This document shows, piece after piece, positions 22,421 through 31,488 of a stretch of DNA of 64,000 nt. The notes under the pieces are model-generated. The model searched no databases and was not told the DNA's origin. It saw only the letters and a list, made by a program, of their open reading frames with translations. This stretch comes from Gammaproteobacteria bacterium (GTDB lineage: Bacteria; Pseudomonadota; Gammaproteobacteria; Ga0077554; Ga007554): the NCBI GenBank assembly GCA_016191235.1, contig JACPOZ010000021.1, forward strand, positions 4,131 through 68,130. Direction: 5' to 3'. Within the stretch, counting starts at the first letter, position 1. Each line of letters starts with the position of its first letter. A program made the translations under genes and the position numbers.

Positions 22421-23821
22421 TTACGCCTTCACCGCTGAAAATTCACGCAGTGCGTCATTATCCAGGATATGCGGATCAATCTTTAGATAGGCGACACCGT
22501 CTTCAGCGATGACGGTAACTTCGGCCACTCCTTTGACTTGCGCCATGCGCACGGCCAGGTCACGCGCCTGCCCCTCATCGATCTGGCCGACATTCACCAT
22601 ATGATTGCTCAGATAACGCGGGGATCTCATGGTGGCCGCCAGCCCCGCCCAGACCGCCGCGATGATGGCGCACAGCAAAAATACGCTTCCCAGGCCGAAG
22701 GCACCGTACAACCAGCCGCCCAAAGTACCGCCGCAAAAGGCCCCTAAAAACTGGGTGGTGGAGTAGACGCCCATCGCCGTACCCTTTTTATGGGAAGGCG
22801 CGGTCTTTGCGATCAGGGAGGGCAGCGTGGCCTCCAGCACATTAAACGCCATAAAAAACAGCACCAGCAACAAAGAAATGCCTACCAGCGAATCATGGGC
22901 GAAAGTCAGCCCGGCTTGACTCAGCGCTACCGCTATGACCGAGCCTACGAACACCTGCTTCATGCGGCGGTGTTTTTCGGCCTGGATAATGAGCGGCACC
23001 ATCGCCGCCATCGAAACCAGTTGCACGCCCAGATAAACCATCCAGTGCTGGCCTGCACCGAGCCCTGCGTGGTCGCGCAACGCCACCGGCACCACCACAA
23101 AGCTCGCCATCAAAATCATGTGCAGCGCGAAGATGCCGAAATTCAGGCGCAGCAGCTCCCTGTCCGCAAGAATATCCTTGAATTGCGCCGGGACGGCCTC
23201 AGCATCACGATGGAATGTGCTGTGCTCCGGTTGCGGCACGCCGAAATGCAGCACGGCGATGCCGCTCAGCGCCAGCACGGCGGTGAGCCAGAAAATGCCG
23301 GGGACGCCGATCCAGCCGTTGAGGACAGGCCCGATGACGAATGACAGGGAGAATGACAGGCCGATGGTCATGCCGATCACGGCCATGATCTTGAGGCGGT
23401 GTTCCTCGCGGGTGAGATCGGCGGCCAGCGCCATGACGGCGGCGGCGATGGCCCCGCTGCCCTGCAAGGCACGGCCAATGATGACGCCCGTGATTGAGTC
23501 GGCCAGCGCGGCCACTACGCTGCCGATGGCGAAGATCACCAGGCCGAATGCGATGATGGGCTTGCGCCCGAAACGGTCGGACAACATGCCGAAAGGGATC
23601 TGGAAAACGGCATTGGCGAGGCCGTAAATCCCAATCGCCAGGCCGATCAGCATGGGCGTGGCGCCACTCAGATGATCGTGCGCATAGAGCGAAAACACCG
23701 GCAGGATCATGAACAATCCCATCATGCGTAGCGCATAGATACTGGAAAGCGAAAATGCGGCCTTGCGTTCCCCCGGATTCATGCTCTGCTGATTTGCGTG
23801 TTGTTTTGATCGTCGAACCAC
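22421..23821 (-). CDS. MFS transporter with a soluble C-terminal extension of about 70 aa
   Basis: 466 aa, about 12 TM helices, with MFS motif A GMLSDRFGRKP. An alternative start is MNPGERK at 23782. Confidence 0.85.
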   Translation of the reverse strand: MVRRSKQHANQQSMNPGERKAAFSLSSIYALRMMGLFMILPVFSLYAHDHLSGATPMLIGLAIGIYGLANAVFQIPFGMLSDRFGRKPIIAFGLVIFAIGSVVAALADSITGVIIGRALQGSGAIAAAVMALAADLTREEHRLKIMAVIGMTIGLSFSLSFVIGPVLNGWIGVPGIFWLTAVLALSGIAVLHFGVPQPEHSTFHRDAEAVPAQFKDILADRELLRLNFGIFALHMILMASFVVVPVALRDHAGLGAGQHWMVYLGVQLVSMAAMVPLIIQAEKHRRMKQVFVGSVIAVALSQAGLTFAHDSLVGISLLLVLFFMAFNVLEATLPSLIAKTAPSHKKGTAMGVYSTTQFLGAFCGGTLGGWLYGAFGLGSVFLLCAIIAAVWAGLAATMRSPRYLSNHMVNVGQIDEGQARDLAVRMAQVKGVAEVTVIAEDGVAYLKIDPHILDNDALREFSAVKA

Positions 23822-23896
23822 GGTGTGCTCTGCTCTTTGCCTGATGGGGGTAAAAGGGCGTATATTAGCAGGTTAGCCAGGTAGTAGGAAACTCGC

Positions 23897-26737
23897 ATGG
23901 AAACCATCCGCATCCGCGGCGCCCGTACTCATAATTTACAAAATATTGACCTTGACCTGCCGCGCGGCAAGTTGATCGTAATTACCGGACTGTCCGGCTC
24001 CGGCAAGTCATCGCTGGCCTTCGACACCATCTATGCCGAGGGGCAGCGGCGTTACGTGGAGTCGCTGTCGAGCTATGCGCGCCAGTTTCTGGCGATCATG
24101 GAAAAGCCGGACGTGGACCACATCGAGGGCCTGTCGCCCGCGATCTCCATCGAACAGAAATCCACTTCGCACAACCCGCGTTCCACGGTCGGCACCGTCA
24201 CCGAGATCTACGATTACCTGCGCCTGCTGTATGCCCGCGCCGGCGAGCCGCGCTGCCCGGAACACGGGGTAGTGCTTGACGCCCAGACCGTCAGCCAGAT
24301 GGTCGATCATGTGCTGGCGCTGCCCGCCGAAACGCGGCTGATGCTACTCGCGCCGGTGGTGGAGGGGCGCAAGGGCGAGTACGCCGAGGTGCTGGAGGAG
24401 CTGCGGGCGCAAGGTTACGTGCGGGCACGCATCGACAGCACAGTGGTGGAGCTGGATCAGGCACCCAAGCTCGATCTGCGCAAAAAGCACACCATCGAGG
24501 TGGTGGTGGACCGTTTCAAGGTACGCCCCGAGGTGCAACAACGCCTGGCGGAATCGTTCGAGACCGCGTTGCGTCTGGCCGACGGTCTGGCACGCGTGGC
24601 GTTCATGGACGATCCCGAGCAGGATGACGTGGTATTTTCCGCCAAATTCGCCTGTCCGCAATGTGGCTACAGCATTACCGAACTGGAGCCACGCCTGTTC
24701 TCGTTCAACAACCCGGCGGGGGCCTGCCCTGGCTGCGATGGCTTAGGGATCAAGCAGTTCTTCGACCCGGCGCGCGTGGCAGCCAATCCCGAGCTGAGTC
24801 TGGCGGGCGGCGCGGTGCGCGGCTGGGATCGCCGTAATGCCTATTATTTCCAGATGATCGGCGCGCTTGCCGGGCACTACGGATTCGATGTCGAGACACC
24901 CTTCCAGGAGCTGCCGCAACGCGTGCGCGACATCATCCTGTTCGGCAGCGGCAAGGAAGAGATCGAATTTGATTATTACAACGATCGCGGCGTGCCCGCC
25001 CGGCGCGCGCATCCGTTCGAAGGGGTCATCCCCAACATGACGCGCCGCCACCGCGAGACCGAGTCCGGCGCGGTGCGCGAGGAGCTGTCCAAATACCTGA
25101 GCACCCAGCCCTGCCCCGACTGTCACGGCGCCCGGCTGCGGCGCGAGGCACGCAATGTGTTTGTGGGTGGCAAGACCCTGCCCGAAACGGTCGCTATGCC
25201 GGTGGGACGGGCGCGGGAATTTTTCGGCGGGCTGATACTACCCGGCTGGCGCGGCGAAATCGCCGCCAAGATCGTCAAGGAAGTCGGTCAGCGGCTGGAT
25301 TTTCTGGTCAACGTCGGGCTGGACTACCTGACGCTGAACCGCAGCGCCGATAGCCTGTCGGGCGGTGAGGCGCAGCGTATCCGGCTCGCCAGCCAGATCG
25401 GCGCGGGGCTGGTGGGCGTGATGTATGTGCTGGACGAGCCATCCATCGGCCTGCACCAGCGCGACAACGAGCGCTTGCTGCACACCCTGGTCTATCTGCG
25501 TGACTTGGGCAATACCGTGATCGTGGTCGAGCACGACGAGGACGCCATCCGCCTCGCCGATTACGTGGTCGACATCGGCCCCGGCGCGGGCGTACACGGC
25601 GGAAAGATCGTTGCCCAAGGCACGCCGCAGGAGATCATCGCCAATCCCGCCTCGCTCACCGGACAATACCTGTGCGGCCACCGCAAGATCGACGTGCCCA
25701 TCGCACGCATCGCCCCCGATCCGGAGCGCCAACTGCTTATCCGCGGCGCCAGCGGCCACAACTTAAAGGGCGTCAATGTCGACATCCCGCTAGGGCTGAT
25801 GACCTGTGTCACCGGCGTATCTGGCTCCGGCAAATCCACCCTGGTCAACGACACCCTCTATCGCCAGGCGGCGCGCGCACTGTATGGCAGCACTGAAGAA
25901 CCCGCCCCCTGCGCGGAGATCATCGGCCTGGAGCAGTTCGAGAAGGTGGTGAGCATCGACCAAAGCCCCATCGGGCGCACGCCGCGCTCCAACCCCGCCA
26001 CGTATACCGGACTGTTCACGCCGATCCGCGAACTGTTCTCAGGCACGCAGGAGGCGCGGGCACGCGGCTACAATCCGGGCCGCTTCAGCTTCAACGTCAA
26101 GGGCGGGCGCTGCGAGGCCTGCCAGGGCGACGGCGTAATCAAGGTGGAGATGCACTTTCTGCCCGACATCTACGTGCCATGCGATGTGTGCAAGGGTAAA
26201 CGCTATAATCGCGAGACGCTGGAGGTGCGTTACAAGGGCAGGAACATCCAGGAGGTGCTGGATATGACGATCGAGGACGCGTTGAACTTCTTCAGCGCCG
26301 TGCCGGTCATCCACCGCAAGCTGCAAACCCTGATGGATGTCGGACTGTCCTACATCAAGCTCGGCCAGAACGCCACCACCCTCTCCGGTGGCGAAGCACA
26401 ACGCGTCAAACTGTCACGCGAACTCTCCAAGCGCGAATCCGGCAGCACGCTCTACATCCTCGACGAACCCACCACCGGCCTGCACTTCCACGACATCAAA
26501 CAACTGCTCGCCGTGCTGCACCAGTTACGCGACCACGGCAACACCATCGTGGTAATCGAACATAACCTCGACGTCATCAAAACCGCCGACTGGCTCATCG
26601 ACATGGGACCGGAGGGCGGCGACAAGGGTGGCGAAGTGCTGGTCGTAGGCACCCCCGAAGACATCGCCGCGCATCCAGGCTCACATACAGGGCGGTTTCT
26701 CAGGCCGGTGCTGGAGCGGGAGCATCTGGCGGCTTGA
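23897..26737 (+). CDS. uvrA: excinuclease ABC subunit A
   Basis: 946 aa with two ABC ATPase modules ([18 protein letters not shown]) and zinc-finger Cys pairs. Confidence 0.97.
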   Translation: METIRIRGARTHNLQNIDLDLPRGKLIVITGLSGSGKSSLAFDTIYAEGQRRYVESLSSYARQFLAIMEKPDVDHIEGLSPAISIEQKSTSHNPRSTVGTVTEIYDYLRLLYARAGEPRCPEHGVVLDAQTVSQMVDHVLALPAETRLMLLAPVVEGRKGEYAEVLEELRAQGYVRARIDSTVVELDQAPKLDLRKKHTIEVVVDRFKVRPEVQQRLAESFETALRLADGLARVAFMDDPEQDDVVFSAKFACPQCGYSITELEPRLFSFNNPAGACPGCDGLGIKQFFDPARVAANPELSLAGGAVRGWDRRNAYYFQMIGALAGHYGFDVETPFQELPQRVRDIILFGSGKEEIEFDYYNDRGVPARRAHPFEGVIPNMTRRHRETESGAVREELSKYLSTQPCPDCHGARLRREARNVFVGGKTLPETVAMPVGRAREFFGGLILPGWRGEIAAKIVKEVGQRLDFLVNVGLDYLTLNRSADSLSGGEAQRIRLASQIGAGLVGVMYVLDEPSIGLHQRDNERLLHTLVYLRDLGNTVIVVEHDEDAIRLADYVVDIGPGAGVHGGKIVAQGTPQEIIANPASLTGQYLCGHRKIDVPIARIAPDPERQLLIRGASGHNLKGVNVDIPLGLMTCVTGVSGSGKSTLVNDTLYRQAARALYGSTEEPAPCAEIIGLEQFEKVVSIDQSPIGRTPRSNPATYTGLFTPIRELFSGTQEARARGYNPGRFSFNVKGGRCEACQGDGVIKVEMHFLPDIYVPCDVCKGKRYNRETLEVRYKGRNIQEVLDMTIEDALNFFSAVPVIHRKLQTLMDVGLSYIKLGQNATTLSGGEAQRVKLSRELSKRESGSTLYILDEPTTGLHFHDIKQLLAVLHQLRDHGNTIVVIEHNLDVIKTADWLIDMGPEGGDKGGEVLVVGTPEDIAAHPGSHTGRFLRPVLEREHLAA

Positions 26738-27324
26738 TGGGCTTAGGGGCGGCTAAAGACAGCAATGGATGAGTTGCGCGGGATACTGGAGGAGCCGGGG
26801 GATGAGGTTGAAAGGTGAAGCGCGAAGAAGAAATACTCGCGCCACTGTTACGAGCTTTGAATTGGAGCCACAGCCTGCTGATTCTAAATCCTCCGCCGCC
26901 TCGAAGCCCGCTGCGCCAGCACCCAGGGAGAAAAACTCACCCGAGGCCACCCTCGCCAAAGACTTCCGTGGCGAGGTGGTACCATAAGACTCAAATGATG
27001 AACCGACCAGTATGTTGCTTGAGCGCATTTGCACCAAGCATAATGACCAATCCATAAGCACATCCAGGCGGGAGCGACAAAGCCCGCAAACTAAAGACAA
27101 AGATAGCCAGGGAGACCCCATGCTCACCAAACTGCACCTGAAGAGGCATCTATCTTCGGCATGAAGACGAAGTCTGGCTGATTGCACGTGCCAAGTTGGT
27201 TCATCCCGATTTCGTACAGAATATTGGCAAGCATTGGCGTTCGCGTGCTCTGCGTTGGAACACGCTGGATGCCGACAGGAGTCGGACACCATTAGCCTGT
27301 CATCGGAAATGAACGGCCAAAACA

Positions 27325-29076
27325 ATGCTCAATAACCTAATCTCCCGTGCTACTCTCGAAGACCTCGCCGGTAGCACCGCTTTCCAGCGCGGCGAGGAAT
27401 ATTTTTCCGTCGGCGCCGTCGAGCGTCTTCGTGCGACAGATGGCAAGATCACCGCCCGGGTCGAAGGCACGGAAACCTACCAGGTCGAGTTGCGGGATGA
27501 CGATGGCGATCTGGCCTACGATTGCACCTGCCCGCGTGCCGCCGACGGTTATTTCTGCAAGCACTGCGTGGCGGTTGGGCTGGCGTGGATGGCCGAAAAT
27601 TCCGCCACACCGAAATCTGGCGCCGCATCCAGCAAAAAGAAACGGCGCGATCCGTGGCGTGACATCAAGGGGTATCTGACAGCGCAGCCACCGGAAGCCT
27701 TGGTCGAACTGTTGCTGGACGTGGCACAGCGCGACGATAGGCTCTACCAGTCGTTATTACTCAAGACTGAACGTAGCGGCAGAGGCGGGAACGTGGCCAA
27801 GGCATACCAAAGGGCGATCGACGATGCGACGCGCATTCACCGCTTTGTCGACTGGCGGGAGGTTGGCACCTTCGCCGGTATTATCGACCAGGTGGCGGAT
27901 TCACTGGCGGAATTGCTCAAGCCCGGCACGGCCGCCATGCTGGTCGAGCTGGCCGAGTACGCCATCGAGCGAATCGAGAATGCGCTGGAGCAGGTTGACG
28001 ACTCGAACGGCGAGATTGGCGATATTGTCTATCGCTTGGGCGAGTTGCATCTCAAGGCTTGCACGATGGCGCAGCCGGAACCAGCGGGGCTGGCCGAGCG
28101 TCTGTTCCGGTTCGAGACGACGCTACCGTTCGGCCTGTGCAGCTTCGATGCCACCACCTATCGCGATGCCCTCGGTTTGGCCGGCCTGCGCCGCTATCGA
28201 GAGCTGGCGGAAGCCGAGTGGCGCAAGCTCAAGCCACGGGATGTGAAGGACAGCTACGATACTCACCGGGCAACGATCACCCGCATCATGGAGCGGCTGG
28301 CCGAGGCGAGCGGCGACGTCGAGGAACTGGTGGCTATCAAGTCGCAGGATCTTTCCTCGGGTTACCGCTATCTCGACATCGCCGAAATCTGGACCAAGGC
28401 CAAGCAGTCGGACAAAGCGCTGGAATGGGCGGAACGCGGCCTGAAGGCTTTTCCCGAGCGGCCCGACAACCGGCTCCGGGACTTTCTGGTGGCGGCGTAC
28501 CTTGCGCGCAAACGCAATGACGAGGCATTGCAACTCACCTGGATTCAGTTCGAGGAGCGCTCGAGTCTTGAACACTACAAGAAGCTGCACGATGTTGCCG
28601 ACAAGCTCGGCCTCTGGCCGGAGCAGCGCGACCGGGCACTCGCGAGGGTCGCTGAGGTCATCGCACGCGAAGCGAACACAACGAGTCGCTGGAAACCGAA
28701 GCCGTCAACGCCAAATTATTCGCTACGGGTGGAAATTGCCCTGTGGGAGCAGGATTTTGATGCGGCCTGGACAGCCGCACATGAAGGCGCCTGTGATCGC
28801 GGCCTACTCGTCACGTTGGCCGGGAAACTCGAAGTTCCGCGTCCTGGTGATGCCATGAGCCTCTACCGCCGCGTAGTGCCGCTCATCGTCGAACAGACCA
28901 ACAATGCCGCCTATGATGAGGCGATCAAGCTGATTCGCAAGGTGGGCGAGTTGATGAAAGCGCAGAATCAGTCCCGGCAATTTGGCGACTATCTGGCAGA
29001 GTTGCGTGTGCAGTTCAAGCCGAAGCGGAATTTCATCAAGTTGCTGGATGGGGTGGCACGGAGTGCTGTGAAATGA
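27325..29076 (+). CDS. SWIM zinc-finger domain protein with a long helical C-terminal region
   Basis: 583 aa. A CxC-x(n)-CxH SWIM signature (YDCTCPRAADGYFCKHCVAV) sits near residue 65. The remainder is helical-repeat-like. No partner genes on either side. Confidence 0.8.
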   Translation: MLNNLISRATLEDLAGSTAFQRGEEYFSVGAVERLRATDGKITARVEGTETYQVELRDDDGDLAYDCTCPRAADGYFCKHCVAVGLAWMAENSATPKSGAASSKKKRRDPWRDIKGYLTAQPPEALVELLLDVAQRDDRLYQSLLLKTERSGRGGNVAKAYQRAIDDATRIHRFVDWREVGTFAGIIDQVADSLAELLKPGTAAMLVELAEYAIERIENALEQVDDSNGEIGDIVYRLGELHLKACTMAQPEPAGLAERLFRFETTLPFGLCSFDATTYRDALGLAGLRRYRELAEAEWRKLKPRDVKDSYDTHRATITRIMERLAEASGDVEELVAIKSQDLSSGYRYLDIAEIWTKAKQSDKALEWAERGLKAFPERPDNRLRDFLVAAYLARKRNDEALQLTWIQFEERSSLEHYKKLHDVADKLGLWPEQRDRALARVAEVIAREANTTSRWKPKPSTPNYSLRVEIALWEQDFDAAWTAAHEGACDRGLLVTLAGKLEVPRPGDAMSLYRRVVPLIVEQTNNAAYDEAIKLIRKVGELMKAQNQSRQFGDYLAELRVQFKPKRNFIKLLDGVARSAVK

Positions 29077-29201
29077 GTGCCGAGGCGTCCATTTGAACCT
29101 CCACTGTTTATTATCCATGCGCAAGATAATAATGCAAAATAAACAAAAATGTTATTAATAAACAATATGATATGTTTCGCGTTATTATCTTGGCGAAAAA
29201 A

Positions 29202-29326
29202 ACCCGCCCTCAAACCTCATAATCAACCAGACGCCGCTCCGAGCGCACCGCCATCACAAATTCCTTGACCTCTTCATGCAATGGATGGCTCTGATATACA
29301 TCCAGTGCCGCCCTGCTCTCGAACTC
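29202..29326. repeat. 125-bp direct repeat, left copy
   Basis: Identical to 31178-31302 except 29276 A versus 31252 G. Confidence 0.95.
29210..29326 (-). pseudogene. orphan 3' fragment of the Dabb-domain gene (last 38 codons plus stop)
   Basis: Lies within the left repeat copy and encodes ...EFESRAALDVYQSHPLHEEVKEFVMAVRSERRLVDYEV*. No upstream coding continuation. Confidence 0.75.
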
Positions 29327-29341
29327 AGGATTCAGCAATGA

Positions 29342-31003
29342 CTATTCGGGAAGCGGGAACAACTGCTTTGACCTGCGCCACCACAACCCCATCAATGCGA
29401 GCAATGCCAGCGGCTCAAACGCACCGCCGCCTCCAGAAGAGGGGGGTGAAGATGACGGCGTAGATGGCGCGGCCTCGGCAACAGACCTGATGCCTTGCCC
29501 ACTCAGCGCTAAAGGTTGATAACCGGCAGCGGAGTCACTGAACACCATCACTTCTCCGGTATAAGAATATTCGCCAGCGGATGAATACGTTACCGCAAAC
29601 TGGCACTGGCCGCCCGCCTCGATGGTATTACCGGAACAGGTATCATTTTTGATACCAAAATCACCCGTGGTGCCACTCTCCCCGGCAACCAAAAGGACCG
29701 CATCGATCTTCAGGGGCAACGCACCAGCATTTGATAACGTAACCACATGCTCCTTACTTTGTCCAACAGGGACACTGAAAGTGAGTGGCCCGGTGTCCAA
29801 CTTGATCGCCGATGTCAGCGTGGGACCAGTGATTTTTTTAAGTTCCTCGGAGTCTGAGCTAAATTTTCGCGCGAGCTGAAGCGTTGCGGTATCTATGACG
29901 TAAACATTGCTGTAGCTCGCACATCCCGGTTGAACTGTAGCACTGGAGGTTACGCGGAGTCTGGGCTGGTAGAATTGTATTTCCAGGCCCTGCGGCAGGC
30001 CAGACATTGGAATGCTGATATACGAAACTGCCGTGGACGATAAATCCACGGAAGCCAACAGAGTAGCGTTGCTACTGGTGTCGCCGATCGTCGCATAGAG
30101 ATTCTTGCCTTCCGCATCAATAACCATGTCACCGGCAACACGATTCTCCCCCACAAAACTTGTTACCAGTGTAACCACTTTTGTTGCCACATTCATCGCC
30201 ACAAGCTTTCCTGAAGTCTGGCTTAGAATATAAAGACGGGAGCCATCGGGATGAGCAACAAGACGGTTCGGGATATCGCTGAGAATTATGGTATCAACTA
30301 CCGTGCGGGTAACCGTATCTATCACATAAACCGCGTTCTCGCCCTCGCTGGCCACAAACAATTTTCTGCCATCAGGGCTTAAAGCCATCGAGGAAGGCTT
30401 GCTGCCCACAACAATGGTCACAACAACCACATGCTCTGGCGCCTTGATGATGGAAACAGTCCCATCGTCGTAATTTGACACGTAAACGTACCGTCCGTTG
30501 GGACTGATGGCCATAGCGCGCGGCGCGGCACCGACATTCACGATGGTGCTGGCTGTGCTCGCGGAGGCAACAGAAGTACTTGCAAGGTCAACAACCGATA
30601 CTGTTTTATCTGTGGGATTAAGCGCGTAAGAAAACGGCCCTCGCTTAATTTCCTGGACTCCGCCAGAGGAAAAAGAAACGGTTTGAAATACATAATCTGA
30701 GGGGGGTGTACATACGATGCTGGAAAAAGTATCTGGGAGTGGCACCGTTATCTGTCTTTGGGTAAACCCTACATCTACCGCTGCAATAGGGTTCGATATT
30801 GTGAACGGATCAGATGCTGCCCCACTTGCAATATGCCAGGAATCAAACACAGAAGTTGGACGCCCGGAAACCGGAACGACCTGCTGCCCAACCTCTATGA
30901 CTTTTATGTCTTCCGGCGGCGACGCCACGCCTGCAGAAATCAAACCAACCACTGATGAAAGTCCCAAACAAAACCCTGCAAGGCGGGCATACCTGGATCG
31001 CAT
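29342..31003 (-). CDS. secreted YVTN-type beta-propeller protein with a choice-of-anchor-D-like domain and GlyGly-CTERM-like tail (paralog 1)
   Basis: ORF 29342..31069 trimmed to the signal peptide MRSRYARLAGFCLGLSSVVGLISAGVA. Repeated blades (YVYVSNYDDGTVSIIK, LFVASEGENAVYVIDT, LYILSQTSGKLVAMNV). Cys-pair Ig-like domain (DTCSGNTIEAGGQCQFAVTY). C-terminus SSGGGGAFEPLALLALMGLWWRRSKQ. Confidence 0.8.
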   Translation of the reverse strand: MRSRYARLAGFCLGLSSVVGLISAGVASPPEDIKVIEVGQQVVPVSGRPTSVFDSWHIASGAASDPFTISNPIAAVDVGFTQRQITVPLPDTFSSIVCTPPSDYVFQTVSFSSGGVQEIKRGPFSYALNPTDKTVSVVDLASTSVASASTASTIVNVGAAPRAMAISPNGRYVYVSNYDDGTVSIIKAPEHVVVVTIVVGSKPSSMALSPDGRKLFVASEGENAVYVIDTVTRTVVDTIILSDIPNRLVAHPDGSRLYILSQTSGKLVAMNVATKVVTLVTSFVGENRVAGDMVIDAEGKNLYATIGDTSSNATLLASVDLSSTAVSYISIPMSGLPQGLEIQFYQPRLRVTSSATVQPGCASYSNVYVIDTATLQLARKFSSDSEELKKITGPTLTSAIKLDTGPLTFSVPVGQSKEHVVTLSNAGALPLKIDAVLLVAGESGTTGDFGIKNDTCSGNTIEAGGQCQFAVTYSSAGEYSYTGEVMVFSDSAAGYQPLALSGQGIRSVAEAAPSTPSSSPPSSGGGGAFEPLALLALMGLWWRRSKQLFPLPE

Positions 31004-31177
31004 ATCTTTTATTCTCCGCCGAAAAGGAAATTTATCGCTTCTATCTGACCATTTCTCCTTTTGAACCACGCTACTTCCCTAAGGCTTGGGTGAGCATAGC
31101 AAAGCGAAAACCAGCCGGTCAATCGAATACGCAGAGGCTAAGCTGCGCAAATCAGATACTAGAGCCTCCCATCAGAC

Positions 31178-31302
31178 ACCCGCCCTCAAACCTCATAATC
31201 AACCAGACGCCGCTCCGAGCGCACCGCCATCACAAATTCCTTGACCTCTTCGTGCAATGGATGGCTCTGATATACATCCAGTGCCGCCCTGCTCTCGAAC
31301 TC
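31178..31302. repeat. 125-bp direct repeat, right copy (inside the intact Dabb gene)
   Basis: See 29202-29326. Confidence 0.95.
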
Positions 31303-31488
31303 GGAATAGAGCGCGACATCGGATGACGCATCTTCCCTGCTGAAATCTATTCCAACCTCAAGGCGCAACATACCGGGGATCTGGCCGTTAAGCGCCTCCA
31401 AACGCCGCTTCACTTCGAGGGCATTCTCCGCCGCGCTACGACCATTGGCGGTTTCTTTCAACTTCCACAGCACGATATGTTTAATCAC
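31186..31488 (-). CDS. stress-responsive Dabb (dimeric alpha/beta barrel) domain protein
   Basis: ORF trimmed to the GTG at 31488 (IKHIVLWKLKE...). GTGA overlap with the alr stop. The longer 138-aa form would overlap alr by more than 100 nt. Confidence 0.8.
   Translation of the reverse strand: MIKHIVLWKLKETANGRSAAENALEVKRRLEALNGQIPGMLRLEVGIDFSREDASSDVALYSEFESRAALDVYQSHPLHEEVKEFVMAVRSERRLVDYEV

Noticed and set aside
22301-23896. SOS (LexA) boxes CTGT-N8-ACAG upstream of ssb and uvrA.
   Set aside because: I scanned both upstream regions by eye and found no match. The ssb leader only has an 8-bp inverted repeat (tgtgtgcc/ggcacaca) of unknown meaning.
26753-27325. 190-aa minus-strand ORF between uvrA and the SWIM gene.
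   Set aside because: It has a TTG start overlapping the SWIM ATG, no SD, and a Cys/Ser/Leu-rich composition with no domain-like pattern. I treated the region as decayed or non-coding.
29342-29460. Calling the C-terminal tail of paralog 1 a PEP-CTERM signal because of the FEP tripeptide.
   Set aside because: The motif is FEP, not PEP. It is preceded by a GGGG run, and paralog 2 has a clean Gly-run tail without any PEP. GlyGly-CTERM-like is the more consistent reading, although only an HMM can decide.
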